From NCBI GenBank assembly GCA_050250195.1, contig JBFWPC010000011.1, forward strand, positions 8,164 through 72,163: 64,000 bases of DNA, in the 5' to 3' direction. The first letter of the stretch is position 1. Each line of letters begins with the position of its first letter. Below, piece after piece: positions 7,648-15,761 of the stretch. The notes under the pieces were generated by a model. That model was given only the letters and a program-made list of their open reading frames with translations. It was not told the origin of the DNA and searched no databases. Position numbers and translations under genes: made by a program. This DNA comes from Cyclobacteriaceae bacterium. GTDB lineage: Bacteria > Bacteroidota > Bacteroidia > Cytophagales > Cyclobacteriaceae.

Positions 7648-10260
7648 CTAAACTGTAATTAACTCAAGCTGATCAAGCTGGCCTTGCAGGTGTCTCTTTA
7701 CTTTCGCGCGAAGCGCTTGTATGTTGTCCCAGTAAAGTACTTTGTAGTTAAAGCCTCTGTTGATGTATCCTCCGGCCTGCCGGATGTATTCCAGGGCCAA
7801 CAGGTCTTGTATGTAGCGGTGCAACTGGCTCTTGCTGATGTGTAGTGCCTGCCTGATCTCTCGCTGGTTAAACTCGTAGCTTTGGTAATGACTGTTGCCT
7901 TTCGTTTTGACATACTGCTTTAATCGTTCATAAAACTGCCGCAAGCTTCCGTCCAGTTCATCCACCTTCAGCACAATGCTTTCAAACATGATCTCGGCTG
8001 CTATTTGAAGATCTTCTTTCTCGCTGATCAATCGACCTTGTGCATCGGTCTTTCGCTGGTATTGATGTAGTAAAGTGATTTGCTTCACAAACGCCTGGTA
8101 CAAGCCGTTCAGCCTTCTGATCTTGTGCGCTTCTTCCGGAAGATGAACTTTGTCAGCATAGGGATTGATCACCTGGCACGGCTTTAAAAGTCTGATGCAA
8201 TGCTGTAAAAATTCCGTGATCTGCTGCTCTCTCTTTTCATCGATCTGGCCAGCGCTCTTTTTGTTTTGATACTGGATGATCTTAATCGTCTGCTCGTGGC
8301 TTTCATCTACAGCAATCAAAAAACAACGGCTCATGTTGTCTTCGTATATCTCGCCTTTGGTAGTACAAGCCATCGATGCAATCGGGCCGTAAACGATTCG
8401 CTCGTAAGCATTCACGTTGCCGTGTTCGTCTTTGCTGGATGTGCTGCTAATGATCACACCTTTGCTTTGCAGCTCTCTAAAGGCAAGCTGCGCTTCTTCC
8501 TTCATCCCGTCCAGGTCTTCGATGCAGATCAATTGATGGCTCAGGTCATACATGCCGTAATTGTACAAGCTGCCTTCCGTCACTCTTGTAAATGCTTTCC
8601 TGCCTTCCTTCGGTATGAAGCTCGAGACCTTTGCCAGTAGATGTGTCTTTCCCGATCCGCTCGAGCCCTGGATAAGCGCGTGCAGTGTCTCCGGCATTTT
8701 ATAGCTCGATGCAATGCCGAACAAAAAAATACGGTTCGTTTCTTCACCAACTACTCCGGCCTGGCCGATCAGGTCGTTGAGTCTCCTGATCAGGTTGGGC
8801 TTACTCAAAAACTCTTTGCATTTGCCTTCCAGGTGTAACGGTACTTGTATGCCTTGTGAGGTTGCGGGTTCTTTGTTCTGGCTTTGCTTTTCCCGGTGTG
8901 CTTCCAATAAGCTGGTAAGCTCTTCCAAATCGAGTTGTATCATATCGGCACGCAAGCCAAGCTTATCGCTTGCATCCCTGGCCAGCTTATCTACTTGCTT
9001 ATCTTCGTACAGATCAATCTTGCTGCGGCTCTTTCTTCCGTTCTGTGGATGCTCGATATCAAGGCTTACGCGCAGGGATTCAAAGTTGCCGTGCAGCTCA
9101 CCTTTGATGTGATAGTTTGCTGTGGCTGTTCTGTACAAAAAACGATGGGGGAAGATTTCAAGCTTGTAGCTGTTCGTTGGTGTAGCCGTGCTTTTACTTT
9201 CAACTCTCCCTGGGACTCCTTCCGGAGAAAAAATGACAACTCGCTTCTCGATCAGGTGTGTAAAGATTTCTTTCTCATGTGCCTGCGCCAGGCTGTTCAC
9301 ATCTTCACCTTCTGGTGTGTTCACCTGGCTAATCGTGATATCCTTTCTGATCTCCTGGAGCTTTGCTGTTACTTTCTTTGTCCCTTCTCTTCCGGCTTCA
9401 TCACCGTCAAAAAATAAAATCACTTCTTCAAGGTGCTTCAGTTCCCTGATCGCTTGCTCATGTTCCTGGATAAATCCATTCGTTCCATAGCAGGCCAATA
9501 CGGTGTATTCGCTTGTGATCGTTGTTAGCTGATGCAAGGTGGCCGCATCAATGATCGCTTCTGTTAAGATCAGCTTCTTTGTCTCCGCTCCTGGATAAGC
9601 AGGATAAAGGCCCTGGTGTGGACCGGGTAAGTAGTAATGTTTGCCGGTCCCGGGATCCTCACTTACGCTGCGGCCATAGATCCCCACCGTGTGGCCTTGA
9701 ACATTTTGCAGGGCGAACACCAAACAGTTTTTGAAGCGATTGAGGTAACGCCCGTCCTGTGTTTTGCTGATCAATCCAATTGCTGCAGCGCTTTCCTTAT
9801 ACTGCTTGTTCCAGCCCTCCGGTACTTTCTCCCCAGTGAAGCCAAGCTTTAATGTCTGCCAGTCTAATCCTCTTCCAGTGGCGTATACTCTCGCACGTTC
9901 TCCGTTAGACATTCCTTTCCGGCATCCTTCCAGGTAACGGGCAAGAACGGCAACCCTGCTAAGTTCTTCCGGTTGATTTGCTTTCGTTTCAATAAAGCCA
10001 AGCAATGACTTGGCTTTCAGGATCGCTTCACGTTTCGTGCTCTTCTCCATTAACCGGATAAACTCGATCACATCTCCTGTGCCGGCTTTGCAATTGGATG
10101 AGAAGCAACAAAAGGTATTGGTCTGCGGATAGATTTGAAGGGAAGGCGTCTTGTCGTTATGGAAGGGACAGCAAAGCATGTTATTCTTGTCTGTGCTCAG
10201 GCTGTAGTGATCGAGCACCTGGCTGATGGTGAGCTGCTGTTTGATCTCAGCTATTTCCAT
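7648..10260 (-). CDS. DNA primase / P-loop NTPase (helicase-like) replication protein
   Basis: 870 aa. It has an N-terminal CHC2 zinc finger (CCPFHNDKTPSL...CCFSSNC) and a Toprim motif (LFFDGDEAGREG). It also has Walker A (GSSGSGKTHLL), Walker B (LICIEDLDG) and a C-terminal wHTH-like tail. Confidence 0.85.
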   Translation of the reverse strand: MEIAEIKQQLTISQVLDHYSLSTDKNNMLCCPFHNDKTPSLQIYPQTNTFCCFSSNCKAGTGDVIEFIRLMEKSTKREAILKAKSLLGFIETKANQPEELSRVAVLARYLEGCRKGMSNGERARVYATGRGLDWQTLKLGFTGEKVPEGWNKQYKESAAAIGLISKTQDGRYLNRFKNCLVFALQNVQGHTVGIYGRSVSEDPGTGKHYYLPGPHQGLYPAYPGAETKKLILTEAIIDAATLHQLTTITSEYTVLACYGTNGFIQEHEQAIRELKHLEEVILFFDGDEAGREGTKKVTAKLQEIRKDITISQVNTPEGEDVNSLAQAHEKEIFTHLIEKRVVIFSPEGVPGRVESKSTATPTNSYKLEIFPHRFLYRTATANYHIKGELHGNFESLRVSLDIEHPQNGRKSRSKIDLYEDKQVDKLARDASDKLGLRADMIQLDLEELTSLLEAHREKQSQNKEPATSQGIQVPLHLEGKCKEFLSKPNLIRRLNDLIGQAGVVGEETNRIFLFGIASSYKMPETLHALIQGSSGSGKTHLLAKVSSFIPKEGRKAFTRVTEGSLYNYGMYDLSHQLICIEDLDGMKEEAQLAFRELQSKGVIISSTSSKDEHGNVNAYERIVYGPIASMACTTKGEIYEDNMSRCFLIAVDESHEQTIKIIQYQNKKSAGQIDEKREQQITEFLQHCIRLLKPCQVINPYADKVHLPEEAHKIRRLNGLYQAFVKQITLLHQYQRKTDAQGRLISEKEDLQIAAEIMFESIVLKVDELDGSLRQFYERLKQYVKTKGNSHYQSYEFNQREIRQALHISKSQLHRYIQDLLALEYIRQAGGYINRGFNYKVLYWDNIQALRAKVKRHLQGQLDQLELITV

Positions 10261-10429
10261 TGGCTGTCGGTTTAATGGTGATCTCCTGGTCTTTCACTGT
10301 GATCTGAACTTGCTCTCCAATCTTGAAGCCGGATTGTTCCAACCATTGGCCAATCAATCGGACTTCGGGTACTGCTTTCTTGTCGTTGCTGCGGTAAGAG
10401 TGGTAAACTTTCAGCTTGCGGTCTGCCAT
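10247..10429 (-). CDS. SymE/AbrB-fold (SpoVT-AbrB-like) small protein
   Basis: 60 aa. The segment VPEVRLIGQWLEQSGFKIGEQVQITVKDQEITI matches the SymE-toxin/AbrB swapped-hairpin pattern. It overlaps the primase start by 14 nt. Confidence 0.6.
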   Translation of the reverse strand: MADRKLKVYHSYRSNDKKAVPEVRLIGQWLEQSGFKIGEQVQITVKDQEITIKPTANGNS

Positions 10430-10570
10430 GAAAATTTTTTTCTGTTGTGTAACATCTGCAACAAAAGTAGAACTTGTTCGGATTTTTCAAAACGAATACC
10501 TTCTTTTTTTGTAGAACACATTAAACTAAATTCGCCAAAATCAGTTGTAAAACTTAATCTTTAGCAGAAC
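10430..10570. promoter_or_regulatory. divergent promoter/operator region between the SymE-like/primase operon and the XRE gene
   Basis: 141-bp AT-rich gap between divergent genes. GTAGAAC is repeated at 10467 and 10511, with GCAGAAC at 10564. A short inverted repeat ttgttg...caacaa lies at about 10444-10466. Confidence 0.4.
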
Positions 10571-10906
10571 ATGGTCAACATTGGGGAGCGGATTACTGAG
10601 CTCAGGAAGCGGAAAAACTGGTCGCAAAGCGATTTGGCTGAAGCCATCGGGGCTTCCAGGGATATCATTGGCAAGTACGAACGTAATGAGAACAGCCCTT
10701 CTGTGGAGATGGCGGTAAAAATTGCCAAGGCCTTTGATGTTCCGGTGGACTACCTACTTGGTGAAGGTAAGCACGCTTCGTACAGCAAAGAGACTGTGAA
10801 GCGCATTGAGGAAATTGAGTCCATGGATGACAAAACCAGGTCTGTCCTGTTTAATCTCATTGATACTTATATCCGCGATGCAAAGGCGCGTAAAGCTTAT
10901 AGTTGA
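10571..10906 (+). CDS. XRE-family helix-turn-helix transcriptional regulator
   Basis: 111 aa. IGERITELRKRKNWSQSDLAEAIGASRDIIGKYERNENSPSVEMAVKIAKAF is a typical Cro/C1 HTH. Confidence 0.9.
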   Translation: MVNIGERITELRKRKNWSQSDLAEAIGASRDIIGKYERNENSPSVEMAVKIAKAFDVPVDYLLGEGKHASYSKETVKRIEEIESMDDKTRSVLFNLIDTYIRDAKARKAYS

Positions 10907-11121
10907 TGAGCACTGCTTCTCTTGTTAACTCTGCCGGCCTGGTCATTGACATCATCGGTGCGCTGATGATCTTTCTAAATTCTCCCAAGCTGGAAGCCAC
11001 TGCCTTTATCGGTGCCACTGCTGACGATCCTGTTGTCAACCGAAGAAACAAAATCGCTAAGTATGGAATGGGCGTGATTATGATCGGGTTTGCTTTCCAA
11101 CTCGTCAGCAATTTCTTATAA
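10903..11121 (+). CDS. small two-TM membrane protein, translationally coupled to the XRE gene
   Basis: 72 aa with two hydrophobic helices. Its ATGA start overlaps the XRE stop. Confidence 0.55.
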   Translation: MMSTASLVNSAGLVIDIIGALMIFLNSPKLEATAFIGATADDPVVNRRNKIAKYGMGVIMIGFAFQLVSNFL

Positions 11122-11157
11122 AGAAAAAACCTAGCGATTAGGCTGGGCTTCTAAGTT

Positions 11158-11694
11158 TTAGTATGTGTATGTCTTTATGAGCTTACCTTTTTTGCTATAC
11201 TTCTTAACGGTACGTAATTTGCCGTCCGGATAATAAAATTTCAGCTTTCCAATCGGAATACCTTCTTTAAAAAATCCCTCAACCCTCTTATTACCATTTT
11301 CATAGTAATCAATTTGAGTACCCTCGCATTTCTGATCACAGCAACAATAACCAATGAAGTTAGGATGCGATGTTGGTTCAAGGCATGAACTAACTCTTAT
11401 AAGACGAAGTGTGTCACTAAAATTTTCAATTGATTTTACATCAAACTTTTTCCCAAGTTCAGTGCTATCAATTTTTCCAATCACATAAGATAGAACATAT
11501 GTACCAGTATCCTTCAATATGAGAACACCAGTGGTATCTTGGGTATTGAAAGCAATTCCATCCTTTTTTAGTCCAAAAAAATCAATCCTCCTGACCTCCT
11601 TTGAGCAAGGATCATAGCCATAAAGGTTAAAATTTATTTGACCGAAAGCGGAAAAACAGATTATCAAAAAAGTCAAAGTCAAAATGCTTCTCAT
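11158..11694 (-). CDS. secreted MORN/YwqK-like repeat protein, putative immunity to CT1 (copy in element 1)
   Basis: 178 aa with a signal peptide. The C-terminus YYENGNKRVEGFFKEGIPIGKLKFYYPDGKL resembles YwqK-family antitoxin repeats. Its ATGA start overlaps the CT1 stop. Confidence 0.7.
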   Translation of the reverse strand: MRSILTLTFLIICFSAFGQINFNLYGYDPCSKEVRRIDFFGLKKDGIAFNTQDTTGVLILKDTGTYVLSYVIGKIDSTELGKKFDVKSIENFSDTLRLIRVSSCLEPTSHPNFIGYCCCDQKCEGTQIDYYENGNKRVEGFFKEGIPIGKLKFYYPDGKLRTVKKYSKKGKLIKTYTY

Positions 11695-12638
11695 CTATTT
11701 GGTTGGTAGTAGGTAGTTCCATTAAACCTAAATGCCTGTCTCGTTAACCCAGACAATCGAGTCAGCTCGTATTGATTCATTTGACTTAACGGCCTTCCTT
11801 GATAACTATAATTATTTACATCCACGGGGCCGGTAGGCAAACTTTTATATCTATCTGGCAAAGAGTTCACCCCGTTTGCGCCTGGCTCACTACTTCCAAA
11901 AAGTGCTTGTCGTTGATAGCCGGCCACTTCATCATGTTTATCAAGTAAAAAAGGAGCACCAAGTCTACCTTGTGAGCCTAGACTAATTTGTCCGGTCTCA
12001 AACTGATAGCCGTGTTTCAGTTCGTGAGCAAAAAGCCCAAGTCCTGCATTAGATGAGATCGTGATGTCAACGGCACCTGTACCAAAATTAAATGAGGTGG
12101 CAGCTACTGTATTTCCCATGCCCGATATTGGCCCGTTTTCATTTAACGAGGAACTTTCAACTACATTATACACTTGACTTGATGCCGCCATCGTTCCTAT
12201 TTCCCCCCGCGTTTCTTCAAGTGCCTGGTTATTAGATTCAAGTCTACCAATTTGTCTATTGAGGCGATTAGTTTGTTTCTCTGAAAGTCCACCTGCTGCA
12301 AGTGCTTCTCGTTTCTCTCCAATCTTTTCATTGTTCCGTTCCTGTCTGCTGTTGATATCAGCGACCAATCGATTAACCCATGCCCATGCTGCTTCTGTAA
12401 ACTCCATCCCATTGGGGTCTATGTAGCGTATCGGATTGTTTGCCATCGCTACATAAGGAGACATACTGTAAAACTTCTCCGCAAGTGGATCAGGACTCCA
12501 CCAACGACCGTCCGATGGATCGTACATCCTTGCACCAAAATCGTATGTATCCAAGTCAAGGCCATCTTGGATTTCTTTGCTTTGATACAAGTACTTGTTT
12601 TCAGCTGAGTTTTCGCGAGAGTACGAGTTAAATGTCAA
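11691..12638 (-). pseudogene. promoterless orphan copy of Rhs tip CT1 (RHS core domain plus HExxH toxin), identical to the tip of the full-length Rhs
   Basis: The translation is identical to the last 315 aa of the 2477-aa Rhs. The in-frame upstream sequence hits TGA 10 codons before the first Tyr of YYPFGL (L*RCRKSGVVYYPFGL). There is no ATG. Confidence 0.8.
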
Positions 12639-12653
12639 TCCAAATGGATAATA
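12621..12653. repeat. att-like site B (gtacgagttaaatgtcaatccaaatggataata)
   Basis: Identical to site C at 20735-20767. It forms the junction between the two element copies. Confidence 0.85.
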
Positions 12654-12858
12654 AACTACACCACTTTTCCGACACCTTCACAGACCCCCTGCAGCACCTT
12701 TTCAAAGAACTTTTTGCAAGTCATAACTCGCAGGTTAAAGATAGGTTTTTCTTCTTTCAATTGAAAAAAAGAAAGGCCGAGTTCCGAGGCATTTTTGTGG
12801 ACAAAAATACATCTTGCTGCTGCCCATTTCCGGCAGCTTACAAAGCAAAAAGAGAAGC

Positions 12859-13038
12859 TCAGGGCTTCTCCTTTATGGACTTCACTTCATCGGCAAAAAC
12901 GGTTGCTACCTTTTCGTCCTGCAGGTCGGGGAACTCCTGTTTTACGGCTTCTACTTCCTGGTCATTGAGCAACCGGGCTTCTCCGTTATCATCGTTGTGG
13001 ATCGCCCATCCGTTGGAGTACTTTCTGATGTAATACAT
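12859..13038 (-). CDS. small hypothetical protein (59 aa), copy 2
   Basis: Same sequence as 4745-4924 at +8114. Confidence 0.45.
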   Translation of the reverse strand: MYYIRKYSNGWAIHNDDNGEARLLNDQEVEAVKQEFPDLQDEKVATVFADEVKSIKEKP

Positions 13039-13129
13039 AGCTGATTTGGTTTAGAGTTTAAAAGACATTTCCTAAAAGAAAAAACAGAAAAAAAGAAAGC
13101 GCTTCATCCAGGTGGCGGGGCAGACGGAA

Positions 13130-13774
13130 GCAAGGTTTTTGAAGAAAAAATTTTTACCCCTTATCAATCAAGCACATCAAAAATTTTTTCTTCAAAACCC
13201 GCAGGGCTTGACCTTGCTTGCGGCTGAACCGTCCACCTACCTTTGTGCGTCTTTTTTTGATGTTGTCTTTACCTGTATTTCACTTCCGGCATCCAGCCGG
13301 TTTTAACAACACACCTGGCTATCCGATGAACTTTCCTACAACGCTCCATCACGGTGAGTACCCATGCGCGCCCGAGCAGGCGTACGGGGGTTGCGGGGGG
13401 AGCCTGCGAGGAACAAGGCGCGCACGAACAATGGGGCATGGCTGGCGACCGCTTTCCCCCCGCAAAAAATTTCCGCCAGCCATGACCGTGCAAGCACAAG
13501 TTGTGAAGCGAGTGGAATGACTGAGGCACGAAGGAATGGAACGTCCGAGGTACACAAGGCATGACAAAAGCGTAATGGAAGTAGGTAAAATAAATGTTCA
13601 TCAATCAACGTGGTGGCGGTGTGACGAAGCAAACACCTTTTTCTTTTTCAACTGAAGTTTACTTTGGCACACGGCCACACCATTCGTCCATTTATTTTAC
13701 TTACTGTAATGAAGCTTTTGGCGTGACTTGTGTTCCGAGGCCTGAACAACTTGTGCGCAGCACTCCGCTTCTAC
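13130..13774. repeat. structured non-coding region, copy 2
   Basis: Same sequence as 5016-5660 at +8114. Confidence 0.6.
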
Positions 13775-13839
13775 CTTGAGGCATGCCGAAGGATGCCAGG
13801 CGAGGGTCGGTATGTGCGCGGGAAGCAGGGTCGGCCGGA

Positions 13840-14727
13840 TCACTGCAATGGATGGTACTTCCTGAGTTGCTCTTGCAGATCTTCTAAATGGGTGGCCTGA
13901 TATTTTTCCGTGGTACTGACGTATTTGTGTCCGCTCATGTATTGAACGACTCGTATATCATTCTTTCGTGTCCACTCGGCTATCGTGCTGGCTCTGATCT
14001 GACTGGCATGTTTTACCTTCTCATGTTTCAATCGCTTCATCATCCAACCAACTTCTCCGGCAAGTCTTGTCGCTCCTTCCATACCAATGATCAGTTGTTT
14101 GATCTTCTCCGGATCAGTCACTTTTGGCCCGTATAAAATCCGGTTCCTTGTCTTGTTCAAGTACTCTTGCAACTCAAACACCTGGCTTGCTTCCAGCTTC
14201 AATACCCTTTCATTCGTCCGGTCTGTCCCAGGGATTTTTATTTTTCCTTCCCGTAAGTTGATGTGCCGTGGTTCGAGTAGTTCAAGTTCTTCTATCGTCA
14301 CAGCCTGGAAGATTAGTAAGCTAAGTATTACTTTGTTCCGTTGATCTCTGATATCGGTTACCTGATAATTTTCGTACAACTTCATCAGCTCGTCATACTC
14401 AACCAGGTCATGGGGTAATCTCCTGGCTATGCCTCTGATGTAAACGCCTTGTGCCGGATTGCTTTTTACCTTCCACGTCTTTACCAGGTAATGGAAGTAA
14501 TGCCGTATCGCCAATAACTGATGTTGAACGTTGGTTTTACTTTTACCTTTTTTATGACTGTATTTGATATAGTTCATCAGGTCTGCATAGCGGATGTTCT
14601 CGACCGGATAGTGATGTTTGTCTATCCACTCCAAAAATTCCTTGATCCCATTCTCGTAAATCCGGATTGTACTTTCTGAGAACTCTTTTCCCGTTAAGTA
14701 GTCTTTAAAGCTTTTCATGGATGACAT
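13840..14727 (-). CDS. tyrosine recombinase paralog B, copy 2
   Basis: Translation identical to 5726-6613. Confidence 0.8.
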   Translation of the reverse strand: MSSMKSFKDYLTGKEFSESTIRIYENGIKEFLEWIDKHHYPVENIRYADLMNYIKYSHKKGKSKTNVQHQLLAIRHYFHYLVKTWKVKSNPAQGVYIRGIARRLPHDLVEYDELMKLYENYQVTDIRDQRNKVILSLLIFQAVTIEELELLEPRHINLREGKIKIPGTDRTNERVLKLEASQVFELQEYLNKTRNRILYGPKVTDPEKIKQLIIGMEGATRLAGEVGWMMKRLKHEKVKHASQIRASTIAEWTRKNDIRVVQYMSGHKYVSTTEKYQATHLEDLQEQLRKYHPLQ

Positions 14728-15601
14728 GGGTATAAATTTGTGTTGCTTCCAGTGAACGGTGTCCTAAAAATTTTGCAATGTGCGCCAGCTTCATTCCGCT
14801 TTGCAAAAGATGTGTAGCAATGCTGTGCCGTAATGTATGTAAGCCGATATCCTTTTCGATCTTCGATAACCTGGCAAGTCTTCTCAACCGGATCAGTAAA
14901 CTTTGTCCTCGTATGCGATAGCCTTTGTCACTGACTAGCAATGCAGGGATTTTGTTTCTGGTCATCAAAAATGGTCTGCTGTGATCCAGGTAATCTTTGA
15001 TGTGCTGCAGGGTTGTTTCACCTGCCGGCACGTATCGTTCCTTGTAGTTCTTTCCTTTTCGCACATACACGAGCTGGCTGTTAAAATCTATGTCGCTTAC
15101 ATCGAGCTGCACCCCTTCATTTCTTCTTAAACCACAACCGTAAAAAATTCCCAGCATCACCTTATCACGCAAGCCAAGTACACTTCCGTCCGTGGCTTTG
15201 TAAAGCTCTTTCACTTCGGCTGTGGTCAGGATATCAGGCACGTGTCGTTTCTCCGGGAGTCGCTCGGTCTCCACTGTAAAGCTTCCTCGATCGGTTTGTC
15301 TCACGAACTGGCTCAGCAAGACCAGGGCCTGGTGATATTTGTTGATGTGACCAGTGCTTAGCTTTCCGCCATGTTTGGCATGTGGCCGCTTCTTCAGTTG
15401 AAAAATAAAATCGTGAACGTGTTGTGCTGTTATCTCCCGGACTTTCTTGACCTCTTCACTTTCCAGCCAGTGAAAAAATTCGTGCATGTACAGTGGCATG
15501 TTGTACACGGTGTTTTCGGCATAGCCTAACAGTGCAAGCCATTCTTTAAAGTCGAGTTCCAGCTCACGGTATGCATAGGTATTCAAGGGTAGATTTTTCA
15601 T
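14705..15601 (-). CDS. tyrosine recombinase/integrase A, copy 2
   Basis: Translation identical to 6591-7487. Confidence 0.9.
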   Translation of the reverse strand: MKNLPLNTYAYRELELDFKEWLALLGYAENTVYNMPLYMHEFFHWLESEEVKKVREITAQHVHDFIFQLKKRPHAKHGGKLSTGHINKYHQALVLLSQFVRQTDRGSFTVETERLPEKRHVPDILTTAEVKELYKATDGSVLGLRDKVMLGIFYGCGLRRNEGVQLDVSDIDFNSQLVYVRKGKNYKERYVPAGETTLQHIKDYLDHSRPFLMTRNKIPALLVSDKGYRIRGQSLLIRLRRLARLSKIEKDIGLHTLRHSIATHLLQSGMKLAHIAKFLGHRSLEATQIYTHVIHEKL

Positions 15602-15654
15602 GCTACTTGGTTTATGGTTAGTAAAAATTTTGGATTCTCCTTATACACCCTTTC

Positions 15655-15759
15655 TGGGACGCGGGACGCCAGACACGTTTTCTTCATTTGCTGATTGTTC
15701 TGGCCGATTCTTGCCTGTTCTGGCGTCCCATCTGGCGTCCCAGGTGTTTGGGACGCCAA
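15655..15759. promoter_or_regulatory. GGGACGCC iteron-like cluster, copy 2
   Basis: Same sequence as 7541-7645 at +8114. Confidence 0.55.
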
Positions 15760-15761
15760 GA

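Larger units (their letters stand above)
4540..12653 (-). mobile_element. copy 1 of an 8,114-bp integrative/replicative element carrying an Rhs tip (CT1) and immunity cassette
   Basis: Every ORF in 4540-12653 recurs with an identical translation at +8114. Spot checks of the nucleotides agree. It contains 2 tyrosine recombinases, a primase-helicase and an XRE regulator, and is bounded by att-like repeats. Confidence 0.8.

Noticed and set aside
4540-12653. Repeat unit as an insertion sequence or composite transposon
   Set aside because: I recognised no DDE, IS200 or IS110-type transposase, no terminal inverted repeats and no short target-site duplication. Instead there are tyrosine recombinases and a shared 33-bp direct att-like sequence.
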